Source of the DNA: Candidatus Velthaea sp.
GTDB taxonomy: Bacteria; Vulcanimicrobiota; Vulcanimicrobiia; Vulcanimicrobiales; Vulcanimicrobiaceae
Assembly (NCBI GenBank): GCA_050012475.1
Contig: JBEKHC010000012.1
Span: 74-64,073, forward strand
Direction of reading: 5' to 3'
Length of the DNA stretch: 64,000 bases
Shown: positions 10,475-18,986 of the stretch, piece by piece
Numbering within the stretch: the stretch's first letter is position 1
Layout: each line of letters begins with the position of its first letter
Translations under genes and position numbers: made by a program
Notes under the pieces: model-generated
Database searches by the model: none
Told to the model about the DNA's origin: nothing
What the model saw: only the letters and a program-made list of their open reading frames with translations

Positions 10475-10767
10475 CGCGGCAGATCGCCCCGGCCGCGCGT
10501 GCCCTCGACGTTATGAACGTGGACGTGCTGGCCGGGCTCGATGGCGACGCCGGCGCGGCCGATCGTCTGTCCGTATTTGCGAATGAGCTCGCCCGATTCG
10601 ATCGCGCGCAACGCGATCTTGTGGCCGGCCGGGATTGCGATGCGCGCGGTAACGCGGCCGCCGCCGTCAAAGTCGAGTTCGGTGCCCGCCGCGACGTCGC
10701 GCAAGCAAACGGCGACGTGATCGTCGTCTTTCAAGCGGAGCGCCGCACCATCGCGCGAGAGTGCCAT
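10471..10767 (-). CDS. UxaA-family dehydratase, small SAF-domain (N-terminal) subunit
   Basis: The SAF domain pattern is present: DDHVAVCLRDVAAGTEL ... IPAGHKIALRAIESGELIRKYGQTIGRA ... GQHVHVHNV. Confidence 0.7.
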   Translation of the reverse strand: MALSRDGAALRLKDDDHVAVCLRDVAAGTELDFDGGGRVTARIAIPAGHKIALRAIESGELIRKYGQTIGRAGVAIEPGQHVHVHNVEGTRGRGDLPR

Positions 10768-10902
10768 CGGAGTATCACTTGCCGTTCGGCGGCGCGCAAG
10801 TCCTCTGCGCGCAAGCGCATGCCCGGTAAGGCTTCAAGCCGGCGCACCGGCGAGGGATTGCGCCGCCACCATACAAGTCGGGCACTCCTGGAGGCTTACC
10901 GG

Positions 10903-12165
10903 ATGGACGTCATCGAGGCGCGTATCGTCCGCGACACGCTGGTCGCGCCGGCGATCGCCGATCCGCAGCATGCGGCGCACGACGCGCTCGCGCACGCCCT
11001 GCGCGGCCGGATCGAGCGCGGCGCGCGCGTCGCGATCACCGCCGGCAGCCGCGGAATCGCCAACCTTCCCCAGCTCTTGCGCGGCCTGGCGCAGGCGGTT
11101 CGCGACGTCGGCGGCGAACCGTTTTTCGTCGCCGCGATGGGGTCGCATGGCGGCGGCACGGGCGCCGGTCAGCGCGCGATGCTCGCCGGTTTGGGCGTGA
11201 CCCAGGCGTCCGTCGGCGCGCCGATCGAAAGCGAGATGGAGGTCGTCGAAGTCGGCACGACGCCCAGCGGCGTCACAGTCTTTTGCGATGCGCACGCGGC
11301 GCGCGCCGACGCGATCGTCGTCGCAGGCCGGGTGAAACCGCACACCGATTTCTCCGGCCGCATCGAAAGCGGCATGCTCAAAATGACGGCGATCGGATTG
11401 GGCAAGGCGGTCGGCGCCGCCGCGTATCATGCCGCGTTCGCGCAAGTCGGCTACGAAACGATCATTCGCGAAGTGGCGGCGGTGATGTTCGCCCACACGC
11501 CGATCGTCGCGGGTGTCGGCATCGTCGAAGACCATCGCGGCAACACGCACGCCGTCGAAGCGTTTGGCGTCGAGGCGATCGTCGAGAACGAGGAGCGGCT
11601 GCTCGTTCGCGCGCGCGAACTCCTGGCCGTCCTGCCGTTCGACGAGCTGGATTTGCTCGTCGTCGACGAGATGGGCAAGAATCTCTCGGGCGCCGGCATG
11701 GACACCAACGTGACCGCCCGCGCCGTCGACGGCCGGACGCAGAAATCACCCAAGCCGGTGGTCCGGCAGCTGTTCGTGCGCGATCTCACCGAGCACTCGC
11801 ACGGCAACGCCAACGGCGTTGGTTTGGCCGATTTCTGTTTGCGCCGGCTGGCCGACAAAATCGATTGGCAAGCCACGTATCTCAACGCGCTCACGGCGGC
11901 CCAACCCGCGAGTGCACGGCTGCCCGTCGTGTGCGCGAACGATCGCGAGGCCGTCCGTCACGCGCTCGTCGCAGCGGGCGTCGAACGCTACGCTGACGCG
12001 CGCGTCGCGCGCATCAGAAACACGCTGCACATCGACTCGCTGGTCGCTTCGCAAGCCGCACTCGCGACGCTCGACGCCCGCGGCCGCTACACCGTCGGCG
12101 ACGCGACGGATGCGCTCGTGCTCGACGGCAACGATTCTTTTGCACCTTTTCCAACGGAGAGGTAA
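10903..12165 (+). CDS. lactate racemase N-domain (DUF2088/LarA-like) protein
   Basis: The real start is ATG 10903 (MDVIEARIV) with GGAGG 9 nt upstream; the ORF-track start at 10513 overlaps the uxaA subunits. RVAITAGSRGIANLPQLL....FFVAAMGSHGGGTGAGQRAML resembles the DUF2088 layout. The family call is from memory only. Confidence 0.5.
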   Translation: MDVIEARIVRDTLVAPAIADPQHAAHDALAHALRGRIERGARVAITAGSRGIANLPQLLRGLAQAVRDVGGEPFFVAAMGSHGGGTGAGQRAMLAGLGVTQASVGAPIESEMEVVEVGTTPSGVTVFCDAHAARADAIVVAGRVKPHTDFSGRIESGMLKMTAIGLGKAVGAAAYHAAFAQVGYETIIREVAAVMFAHTPIVAGVGIVEDHRGNTHAVEAFGVEAIVENEERLLVRARELLAVLPFDELDLLVVDEMGKNLSGAGMDTNVTARAVDGRTQKSPKPVVRQLFVRDLTEHSHGNANGVGLADFCLRRLADKIDWQATYLNALTAAQPASARLPVVCANDREAVRHALVAAGVERYADARVARIRNTLHIDSLVASQAALATLDARGRYTVGDATDALVLDGNDSFAPFPTER

Positions 12166-12171
12166 GCGCGC

Positions 12172-13086
12172 ATGCAGGTTTTGGTAACGGGCGGGTATGG
12201 TTTCATCGGCGCTTGGACGGTTCGCAAGCTGCTCGAAGCCGGGCATGACGTCCGGATCTTCGAAAACCACGACGACCGGCGCTTTTACGACCAGATCCTG
12301 GGCGCCGCCGCGAGCGATCCGCGCATCACCCACCAGCAAGGCGACATCGTGGCCTACGACGACGTCGGGCGCGCGGTCGCGGGCTGCACGGCGATCGTTC
12401 ATTTGGCGGGCATTCTCGTGCCGTACTGCCGCGCGAACCCGATTCTCGGGGCACAGATCAACGTTTTGGGAACGCTCAATGTTTTCGAGCACGCCAAGGC
12501 CGCCGGAATCACGGGCATCTCGTACGCGTCGAGCGTCGCCGTGTTCGGCCCGGACAACGGGATCACGCCCAACCCGACGACCCAGTACGGCGCCTACAAA
12601 CTGTGCAACGAAGGCAATGCGCGCGCGTATTGGATCGACCACAAGATCCCCAGCGTCGGCTTACGGCCGTTCACGGTCTACGGACCGGGACGCGAAACGG
12701 GAATTACCGCCGGCCCGACCATCGCCATGCGCCATGCCGTAGAAGGCAGCGCGTACACGATCCCGTTTACCGGTTCGACGGGCATGGACTACGTCGAAGA
12801 CACCGCGACGATCTTCGCCCGCGCCGCGACCCAGCCGCCGCCGGGCGCCCACGTCTTCAGCCTGCAAGGGGTGATCGCGTCGACCGACGACATCATCGCG
12901 GCGATTCGCGAACTGGTTCCCAACGCTCGCATCGACGCGACCGGCACGCCGCTGCCGTTCGCACCGGAACTCGACGAGGGCGCGCTGCGCACCGTCTTTC
13001 CCGCCTTGCCGAAAACGTCGCTGCGCGAAGGCACTGCCAAGACGGTCGAATTCTACCGTACGCACGCGGCGCTCGCACGCGTGTGA
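12172..13086 (+). CDS. NAD-dependent epimerase/dehydratase (extended SDR)
   Basis: Rossmann motif VLVTGGYGFIGAW, catalytic YGAYKLCNE (YxxxK), and typical extended-SDR length. Confidence 0.8.
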   Translation: MQVLVTGGYGFIGAWTVRKLLEAGHDVRIFENHDDRRFYDQILGAAASDPRITHQQGDIVAYDDVGRAVAGCTAIVHLAGILVPYCRANPILGAQINVLGTLNVFEHAKAAGITGISYASSVAVFGPDNGITPNPTTQYGAYKLCNEGNARAYWIDHKIPSVGLRPFTVYGPGRETGITAGPTIAMRHAVEGSAYTIPFTGSTGMDYVEDTATIFARAATQPPPGAHVFSLQGVIASTDDIIAAIRELVPNARIDATGTPLPFAPELDEGALRTVFPALPKTSLREGTAKTVEFYRTHAALARV

Positions 13087-13128
13087 TGCCGTGACGGTCG
13101 ACGTGCGCGGCATGTCGAAGAACGCGCG

Positions 13129-14481
13129 GTGATCGAGCAGGCGCGAGTTGGATTTTCGGGCGACGACGTTCCGCCCGAGTCGGTGTTCGACCAATGCGTG
13201 CGCTGCGGTTTGTGTTTGCCGACCTGTCCGACGTACCTTGAAACGCTCGTCGAGACGTCCAGTCCGCGCGGCCGGATCGCGCTGATCAAAGCGGTCGCCG
13301 ACGGGCGCTTGGACTTGACCGACCCTGGTTTCATGCATCAGATGTCGGAGTGCCTGGACTGCCGCGCGTGCGAGGCCGCGTGCCCATCGGGCGTGGCGTA
13401 CGGCCGGCTCATCGAGCCGGCGCGCACGCAGATCGTGCGCGCGACGGCGGCGACGCGAACGGCGTCGGCGCGGTTCGGACGCAGCGTCGTGCTCGGCGCG
13501 CTCTTCTCGAACCTCGGGCTCATGCGTTGGGTCGCTTCGCTCCTGCGCGTCTACCAACGCTCCGGAATGCGCAAGCTGGCGCGCGATAGCGGGCTGCTGC
13601 GCCTGTTCAAACTCGATGAACTCGAAGCGCTCGCGCCGCCGATTTCCGAACACTTTTTCGTGCCGCAGGGTCAGCGCTGGGAAGCGATCGGACCCAAGAA
13701 GGCGACCGCGTTCATGCACGCCGGCTGCGTCATGCAGGTTGCGTTTGCGCAGGTGAACGAGGCCACGGTGCGCGTCTTGCAGCGGGCGGGATGCGACGTG
13801 GTCGCGCCCGGCGCGCAGGGCTGCTGCGGAGCGATCACGGTTCACGCCGGCGAGCTGGCGCGCGGACGCGAACTCGCCAAGATCAACATCGCGGCCTTCG
13901 AGACCAGCGGCGCCGACGTCTACGTCGTCAATGCCGCCGGCTGCGGATCGACGCTCAAAGAGTACGCAGAGCTCTTGGCCGGCGATCCCGCTTGGGCCGA
14001 GCGGGCCCGGGCGTTCAGCGAGCGAGTGCGCGACATCGCGGAATTCCTCGACGCGATCGGCATCGCGCCCGAACTCGGCCCGCTGCCAGCCATCGCCACG
14101 TATCAGGAGCCGTGCCATCTGGTGCACGCCCAACGCATCTCGGCTGCGCCGCGGCGACTCTTGGCCAAGATCCCGGGCCTCGAACTGCGCGAAATGGACG
14201 AGAGTTCGCTCTGCTGCGGCAGCGCTGGGATTTACAACCTGACCCAACCCGACATGGCTACCCGCTTACAAGCGCGCAAGATCGCGCGCATCGCCGAGGT
14301 CGCGCCGCACCTGGTCGTCACGGCGAATCCGGGCTGCGCACTGCAGCTCGAAAACGGCCTGCGTAAGGAGGGGCGGGAGATCGCGGTCCGGCACCTCGTC
14401 GAAGTGCTCGACGCCTCGTATGAGAGCTATAAGTCGCCGACGCGCACGCCGTCGTTGACGGCGTCGTCGAGCGTCGGATAA
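13129..14481 (+). CDS. (Fe-S)-binding protein, GlcF / heterodisulfide-reductase-like (two 4Fe-4S motifs plus CCG domains)
   Basis: CVRCGLCLPTCP and CLDCRACEAACP are ferredoxin motifs. Two Cys-rich CCG-type regions follow (GCVMQ..., CCGA; PCHLVH..., CCGSAG). The 3' end overlaps the convergent STAS gene by 55 nt. Confidence 0.75.
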   Translation: MIEQARVGFSGDDVPPESVFDQCVRCGLCLPTCPTYLETLVETSSPRGRIALIKAVADGRLDLTDPGFMHQMSECLDCRACEAACPSGVAYGRLIEPARTQIVRATAATRTASARFGRSVVLGALFSNLGLMRWVASLLRVYQRSGMRKLARDSGLLRLFKLDELEALAPPISEHFFVPQGQRWEAIGPKKATAFMHAGCVMQVAFAQVNEATVRVLQRAGCDVVAPGAQGCCGAITVHAGELARGRELAKINIAAFETSGADVYVVNAAGCGSTLKEYAELLAGDPAWAERARAFSERVRDIAEFLDAIGIAPELGPLPAIATYQEPCHLVHAQRISAAPRRLLAKIPGLELREMDESSLCCGSAGIYNLTQPDMATRLQARKIARIAEVAPHLVVTANPGCALQLENGLRKEGREIAVRHLVEVLDASYESYKSPTRTPSLTASSSVG

Positions 14482-14798
14482 ACCGCCAACACCTTGAGTA
14501 GGCCGGTGATCCGCAGCAAGCGCAGGATTTGACCTTCCTTGACGACGAGCCGAACGTCGCCGCCGAATTCTTTGGCCCGCCGCTGGCCCCCGATGAGCGC
14601 GCCCAGGCCGGTCGAATCCAGAAAATCCACCTTGGTGAGATCGACGACGAGCTTGTGGTCGCCCCGCTCCGAGGCCTCGATGAGCGATGCGCGGACGGTA
14701 GGCGACGTCGCGATGTCGAGGCTTCCGGTCAACTCGAAGACACTCATCCCGCCGTAGACATGGACGTGTATCGAAAGGTCTTCGTGGTGCAGATTCAT
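14427..14798 (-). CDS. STAS-domain anti-sigma-factor antagonist (RsbV/SpoIIAA-like)
   Basis: VFELTGSLDIATSPTVRASL ... LVVDLTKVDFLDSTGLGALIG ... LLRITGLLKVL. ATG at 14798 lies just below the stop of the upstream gene at 14806. Confidence 0.8.
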   Translation of the reverse strand: MNLHHEDLSIHVHVYGGMSVFELTGSLDIATSPTVRASLIEASERGDHKLVVDLTKVDFLDSTGLGALIGGQRRAKEFGGDVRLVVKEGQILRLLRITGLLKVLAVYPTLDDAVNDGVRVGDL

Positions 14799-14805
14799 TG
14801 AGGGT

Positions 14806-15165
14806 TCATCCTTCATACTCACGCCATGCGGCGACCGCGCCGCGCTCATCAAACGCTACGATAGCGCAACCGGCGCGTTCGCGCCAAACCGCTCCCGCGC
14901 CTTCGACCGCGAAGCGGTAGACGACACAGGCCCGGTTTCCTTCGAGGATGAGATCGTCGACGTCGAAACGCCAACGCGGGCCGTCGCGAAAGAACCGCGT
15001 GAAGTGCGCGACGAGCGCGTCGCGGCCGGCCAGCGGTTCGCGCCCGACCTCACCATAGGTGCCGTCGGAAGCAAAGTGCGCCGCAGCCCGCAGGGCGTCG
15101 CCGGTGCGCCAGGCGGCGATGAGCGACTCGAGCGTTGCGCGATGATCGCTCTGCGGATGCGCCAT
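14806..15165 (-). CDS. SnoaL/NTF2-like fold protein
   Basis: LESLIAAWRTGDALRAAAHFASDGTY...GRDALVAHFTRFF...CVVYRF fits the SnoaL pattern. The ORF-track N-terminus (to 15297) is just the translated tRNA gene. ATG at 15165 (MAHPQSD) is used instead. Confidence 0.6.
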   Translation of the reverse strand: MAHPQSDHRATLESLIAAWRTGDALRAAAHFASDGTYGEVGREPLAGRDALVAHFTRFFRDGPRWRFDVDDLILEGNRACVVYRFAVEGAGAVWRERAGCAIVAFDERGAVAAWREYEG

Positions 15166-15223
15166 GGCCGTCCGTTTCGCGATCGCCGCGCGCAAGCCGC
15201 CCCGGCGGGGGGCGGCGACGATG

Positions 15224-15296
15224 CTGGGGCGGCTGGACTCGAACCAACGCATGCCAGAGTCAAAGTCTGGTGCCTTACCAACTTGGCTACGCCCCA
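15224..15296 (-). tRNA. tRNA-Gln (anticodon UUG)
   Basis: Hand-folded cloverleaf. Acceptor UGGGGCG/CGCCCCA with U1-A72 and G73. D arm GCC/GGC. Anticodon stem CCAGA/UCUGG with loop CUUUGAC. T arm GUUGG-UUCGAGU-CCAGC. CCA is not encoded. Confidence 0.9.
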
Positions 15297-15374
15297 CCGG
15301 TCATCGCTTGTTGGACCAGCGGACAACGATTCGCGTCCGCAGTACGCGTTCCTCGACCCTTGCGCGGCGGCTGC

Positions 15375-15785
15375 TTACGGGCGCTCCGCATCCGTGCGAA
15401 ACCAGCGATCGACGACCGGCGTCACGACGGGGATCGAGAACAGTTCGCCGCGTGCAGCATGTATCGCGCAGCGAGCGGCGACGGCCAGCATGGCGATGAA
15501 GAAGGCGGCGTCGGCGACGATTCCCGCGGCGTAGACAGCGATCGTCGCTTCGCTGGAGATATCCGGAACGGCGAGCACGGTCAGCAGGGGCAATCCGAGC
15601 AGGACGAACAGTGCAAGCGAGCCCAGCACGCCCAGCGCGAGCGCCTGCCGCGCATGCACCCGGACCCACGCGCTCGACCCGTCGCCGTCGCTCACGAAGC
15701 TGGCAAGGGCAAGCGGCCAGATGAGGTAGGCGTTCGCCGCTCGCCGATGCTCGTCTTCCGAATCGATCGAATCCACTTCGACCAA
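15375..15785 (-). CDS. small polytopic membrane protein (DUF4870-like)
   Basis: AANAYLIWPLALASFV...VRVHARQALALGVLGSLALFVLLGLPLL plus a third TM segment. TTG start at 15785. Confidence 0.5.
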   Translation of the reverse strand: MVEVDSIDSEDEHRRAANAYLIWPLALASFVSDGDGSSAWVRVHARQALALGVLGSLALFVLLGLPLLTVLAVPDISSEATIAVYAAGIVADAAFFIAMLAVAARCAIHAARGELFSIPVVTPVVDRWFRTDAERP

Positions 15786-15942
15786 TCTATCGGCCGATTT
15801 CCGCCAGATTCGACCTCACACCGCCGCAGCCATACCCGCCACCGGTCGCCCAAGGCTTGACTCGTAGGCACAGCATAGCGTACCCAGCCGCGGCTTGCGC
15901 GAAGCGCAAACGCCACGGGCTCGGCGCAGCCGAGCCCTGCCC

Positions 15943-16611
15943 TTATGAGCCGAAAACGCGCTTCGCGCCGAGGTAACGTGGCGCCCAGTACCTGTTGTGC
16001 AGGCTGGAGATCGCGACGCCGTGGCTCGAGGAGCTATGGATGAAGCGGTTGTTGCCCAGGTAGATGCCGACGTGCGAAACGCCGGGGGCATAGGTGTGAA
16101 AGAACACCAAATCGCCCGGCTTCATCCCGGCGGCGATGCGATGACCGGCATCGTACTGTGCGTCGGCCGTCCGCGGCAGGTGGATCCCGAGCAAGGCGTA
16201 GACGTGCTGCACGTAGCCCGAGCAGTCGAAGCCGCCCGGCCGCGTGCCACCGAAAACGAAGGGTGTTCCAATGAAGCGCAGCGCACTGCGGGTCAAGCTG
16301 GCCGCGATCGCCGAGCTGCGATTGACGATGCCCCCCGCAAAGCGCCGCAAGCGGCTGACCCGCGTCGCCGGCTCTGCGCTGCTGGGCTGCGCGGCAGGCG
16401 CGGCATTCCACATGACCAGATCTGCGCCGGCCGTCGGCTGTGCCGCGTCGACCGATTCAGGGTTGGCTGTTTGCGCGACCGCCGGAGACGCTGCTGCGGC
16501 GCTCGACACGGTGGTCGTGGCCGCGGGGAGGGTTTGGTCGGCGGCCGCAATACCGAAACCGCTCGCCGACAAAACAGAAACGAAGATCCCGGTGAGGATG
16601 AGACGACGCAC
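15943..16611 (-). CDS. NlpC/P60 (C40) peptidoglycan endopeptidase, secreted
   Basis: Signal peptide, an Ala/Pro linker, then GTPFVFGGTRPGGFDCSGYVQHVY ... GDLVFFHTY..VSHVGIYLGNNRFIHS (Cys-His catalytic pair). GTG start at 16611 with AAGGAG upstream. Confidence 0.85.
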   Translation of the reverse strand: MRRLILTGIFVSVLSASGFGIAAADQTLPAATTTVSSAAAASPAVAQTANPESVDAAQPTAGADLVMWNAAPAAQPSSAEPATRVSRLRRFAGGIVNRSSAIAASLTRSALRFIGTPFVFGGTRPGGFDCSGYVQHVYALLGIHLPRTADAQYDAGHRIAAGMKPGDLVFFHTYAPGVSHVGIYLGNNRFIHSSSSHGVAISSLHNRYWAPRYLGAKRVFGS

Positions 16612-16630
16612 GGACTGCTCCTTCTTCCCA

Positions 16631-16773
16631 ACACCTACGGGGTTAGTTGACGGATTAGGACGGAAAGAATCGCCCTCGGGCCGACCGGCCCGTTCACCCC
16701 ATGTCGGTGCGCGTTGCGAAACGCTCCCGACAACCGGAATCCCCCGCTCCGGCTCTCTACCGGACTCGGTGAC
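16631..16773 (-). promoter_or_regulatory. cyclic-di-AMP riboswitch (ydaO/yuaA class) in the NlpC/P60 leader
   Basis: The minus-strand leader reads CACCGAGUCCGGUAGAGAGCCGGAGCGGGGGAUUCC...CAUGGGGUGAACGG...GGGCGAUUCUUUCCGUCCUAAUCCGUCAACUAACCCCGUAGGUG. This matches my recollection of the conserved ydaO blocks (GAGCGGGGGA, GGGGUGAA, CCGUCAgCUAACCuCGUAaGcG) and the P1 closure CACC/GGUG. The SD and GTG follow within 20 nt. Confidence 0.7.
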
Positions 16774-16926
16774 ACTAGCAGATACGACGAAATACCCACG
16801 ACTGGGTACGCTTCAGTCGCTGAGGTGAGCTTGCACTCACCACAGCTTACTATATCGGTTGGGCTCTCATTTCCTTTTAGCCATGTGCTGCGCGACGCAA
16901 TCGTGCCGTCCTTCGCTATTACGACA

Positions 16927-18288
16927 TCATGACGGCAACGCGTGGGCGTCGGCGCGAATGATGTCGGCGATCTCCTGCGCTAGCGTTGCGATTGCAAGCG
17001 CATCGGCACCTTCGATCATCACGCGAATGAGCGGTTCGGTTCCCGACGCGCGGACCAGGATGCGTCCCGTATCGCCCAGCTGCGCCTGTGCGCAGGAGAT
17101 CGCCGTGCGAACGCGTTCGCTGGACGCAAAGCGATCTTTGCGTTCGACGCGCACGTTGACGAGAATTTGCGGATACACCGTCAGGTCGGCGGCCAGCGCG
17201 TGCAGCGTCGTGCGGCTGCGGGCGACGATCGAGAACAGCATGACAGCCGTCATCGGCCCGTCGCCCGTCGTGTTGTGCACCAAGTCGATGATATGGCCGG
17301 ACTGCTCGCCGCCGAAACGGAATCCGCTCGCCCGCAGCACTTCGAGCACGTAGCGGTCGCCCACCGGGGCGCGCGCCAGCGCGATGCCTTCGCGCGCCAG
17401 GGCACGCTCGAGTCCGACGTTGCTCATGACCGTGCCCACGACGGTATCGCCGGTCAAGGCGCCGCGCGACTTGAGGTCGCGCGCGATGATGAGCATCGTA
17501 TGGTCGCCGCTGAGGACTGCGCCGGTTTCGTCGACGAACAGCGCGCGGTCGGCGTCACCGTCGAACGCGACGCCCACGACCGGTCCGGGGCGCTTGAGCG
17601 CTTCGGCCTTGACCGTGTGCGCAAGCATCTCGAGATGCGTCGCGCCGCAGCGCACGTTGATCCGAGCGCCGTCATCTTCGGCATTGATCGCGACGACGTG
17701 CGCGCCGAGTTTGGCGAACGCTCGCGGGCCGACCGCGAACGCCGCGCCGAACGCCGCGTCGACGACGATCGTCAGCCCGTGCAGATCCGCGCCCGCATCG
17801 ACGAGCGTCGCAAAATACGTGTCGACCAGGTCGCTGCGAACGGCCGCGCGCCCGATGCGCTCGTGGGTCGGACGCGGCAGCTTCGGATCGTCCAGCCGGG
17901 CTTCGATCTCGTCTTCGACGGCGTCGGAAAGTTTGAACCCGTCGGCTCCGAAAAATTTGATGCCGTTGTCTTCGACGGGATTGTGCGAAGCGGAGATCAT
18001 GACGCCCGCGGCCGCGCCTAGCGACATCGTGATCGTCGCGATGCCCGGCGTCGGGATGACGCCGACGCCCACCACGTGCCGGCCCGTCGACGTGATCCCG
18101 GCAACGATCGCTGCTTCGAGCATGGGGCCCGAGAGCCGCGTGTCGCGTCCGACGACGATCGGGCGTTCGGCGGCGCAGTCGCGCGCGATCACCGCCGCGC
18201 CCGCGCGTCCGATCTTGAACGCGAGTTCCGGCGTGAGATCGGCGTTCGCGACCCCGCGCACGCCGTCAGTTCCGAAATACCGGCCCAC
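16927..18288 (-). CDS. glmM: phosphoglucosamine mutase
   Basis: MGRYFGTDGVRGVAN, the active-site block MISASHNP, and FDGDADR. GTG start with GGAGGG upstream. Confidence 0.9.
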   Translation of the reverse strand: MGRYFGTDGVRGVANADLTPELAFKIGRAGAAVIARDCAAERPIVVGRDTRLSGPMLEAAIVAGITSTGRHVVGVGVIPTPGIATITMSLGAAAGVMISASHNPVEDNGIKFFGADGFKLSDAVEDEIEARLDDPKLPRPTHERIGRAAVRSDLVDTYFATLVDAGADLHGLTIVVDAAFGAAFAVGPRAFAKLGAHVVAINAEDDGARINVRCGATHLEMLAHTVKAEALKRPGPVVGVAFDGDADRALFVDETGAVLSGDHTMLIIARDLKSRGALTGDTVVGTVMSNVGLERALAREGIALARAPVGDRYVLEVLRASGFRFGGEQSGHIIDLVHNTTGDGPMTAVMLFSIVARSRTTLHALAADLTVYPQILVNVRVERKDRFASSERVRTAISCAQAQLGDTGRILVRASGTEPLIRVMIEGADALAIATLAQEIADIIRADAHALPS

Positions 18289-18311
18289 TAAGCACCCTCC
18301 GGTCGATTCAC

Positions 18312-18986
18312 CTAATTGGCTCCTGTCGCCGATGAACGGCTGAAGCGTGCGCGCACGCGGACGAGATTGGGCGAGACCGCAACGGCCCCCACTTCATCGC
18401 CCGCGCCGGTGACGGCGAGCGGACGAATCATCGCGTCGATGGCCGTGCCTTTTGCCGGCAGGGTGATCTCGACGCGCACTGCTTGAACGCGAGCGAGATC
18501 GGCGGCAATGCCCCGCACCGTCACCTGCGCGGGGTCGAGGCCGGCCGAATCGACGACGGTGTTCTTGAAGTCGCCGTTATAGGCAATCGAGATCGGAACG
18601 GTGCGTTCTTCGAGCCGATCGATGCTCAACGTGACCGACGCCGGCGTCAGCGATCGAATCTGCACATTCGGTGCGATGATTTGAACGGGGACGTTGAATA
18701 CACCGGGATCCGCGTTTGCGGCCAAATTGAGCACCGCCTCGACTTGATCCGGCTTGACCGGCGTGGTGTTGCGCGTGGCATCGATCGTCACCACGGCAAA
18801 CTTTTCGGTGTAGCGCGCCACATACCCCGCGCGCAGGCCGGTGACGACGATCGGCACGCTGAGCTGCTGATCGAAGCGTGCGGTAATGCTTGGATTGGCC
18901 GAAAAATGAAAATACGCCCAGGCCGCAACCGCGAGCGCAAAAGCAAATGCCTTAAGTGGGAAGTTTCGGCGAACGATCGACAGCAC
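18312..18986 (-). CDS. cdaR: YbbR-domain protein, CdaA regulator
   Basis: N-terminal TM (LKAFAFALAVAAWAYF) followed by repeated YbbR-like beta modules. It sits between cdaA and glmM as in the canonical operon. The GTG start overlaps the cdaA 3' end by 35 nt. Confidence 0.7.
   Translation of the reverse strand: MLSIVRRNFPLKAFAFALAVAAWAYFHFSANPSITARFDQQLSVPIVVTGLRAGYVARYTEKFAVVTIDATRNTTPVKPDQVEAVLNLAANADPGVFNVPVQIIAPNVQIRSLTPASVTLSIDRLEERTVPISIAYNGDFKNTVVDSAGLDPAQVTVRGIAADLARVQAVRVEITLPAKGTAIDAMIRPLAVTGAGDEVGAVAVSPNLVRVRARFSRSSATGAN

Noticed and set aside
10513-10902. ORF-track starts far upstream of the real start. Examples are 10513 for the LarA-like gene, 47833 for HD-GYP, 58555 for the ABC ATPase, 61520 for the SDR, 54384 for USP, and 29640 for xylB.
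   Set aside because: The extensions overlap neighbouring genes, are Arg-rich, and have internal ATG codons with good SD sequences at the position where family similarity begins.
15166-15297. The N-terminal extension of ORF 14806-15297 (MGRSQVGKAPDFDSGMRWFESSRPS...).
   Set aside because: It is the literal translation of the tRNA-Gln gene. The protein starts at ATG 15165.
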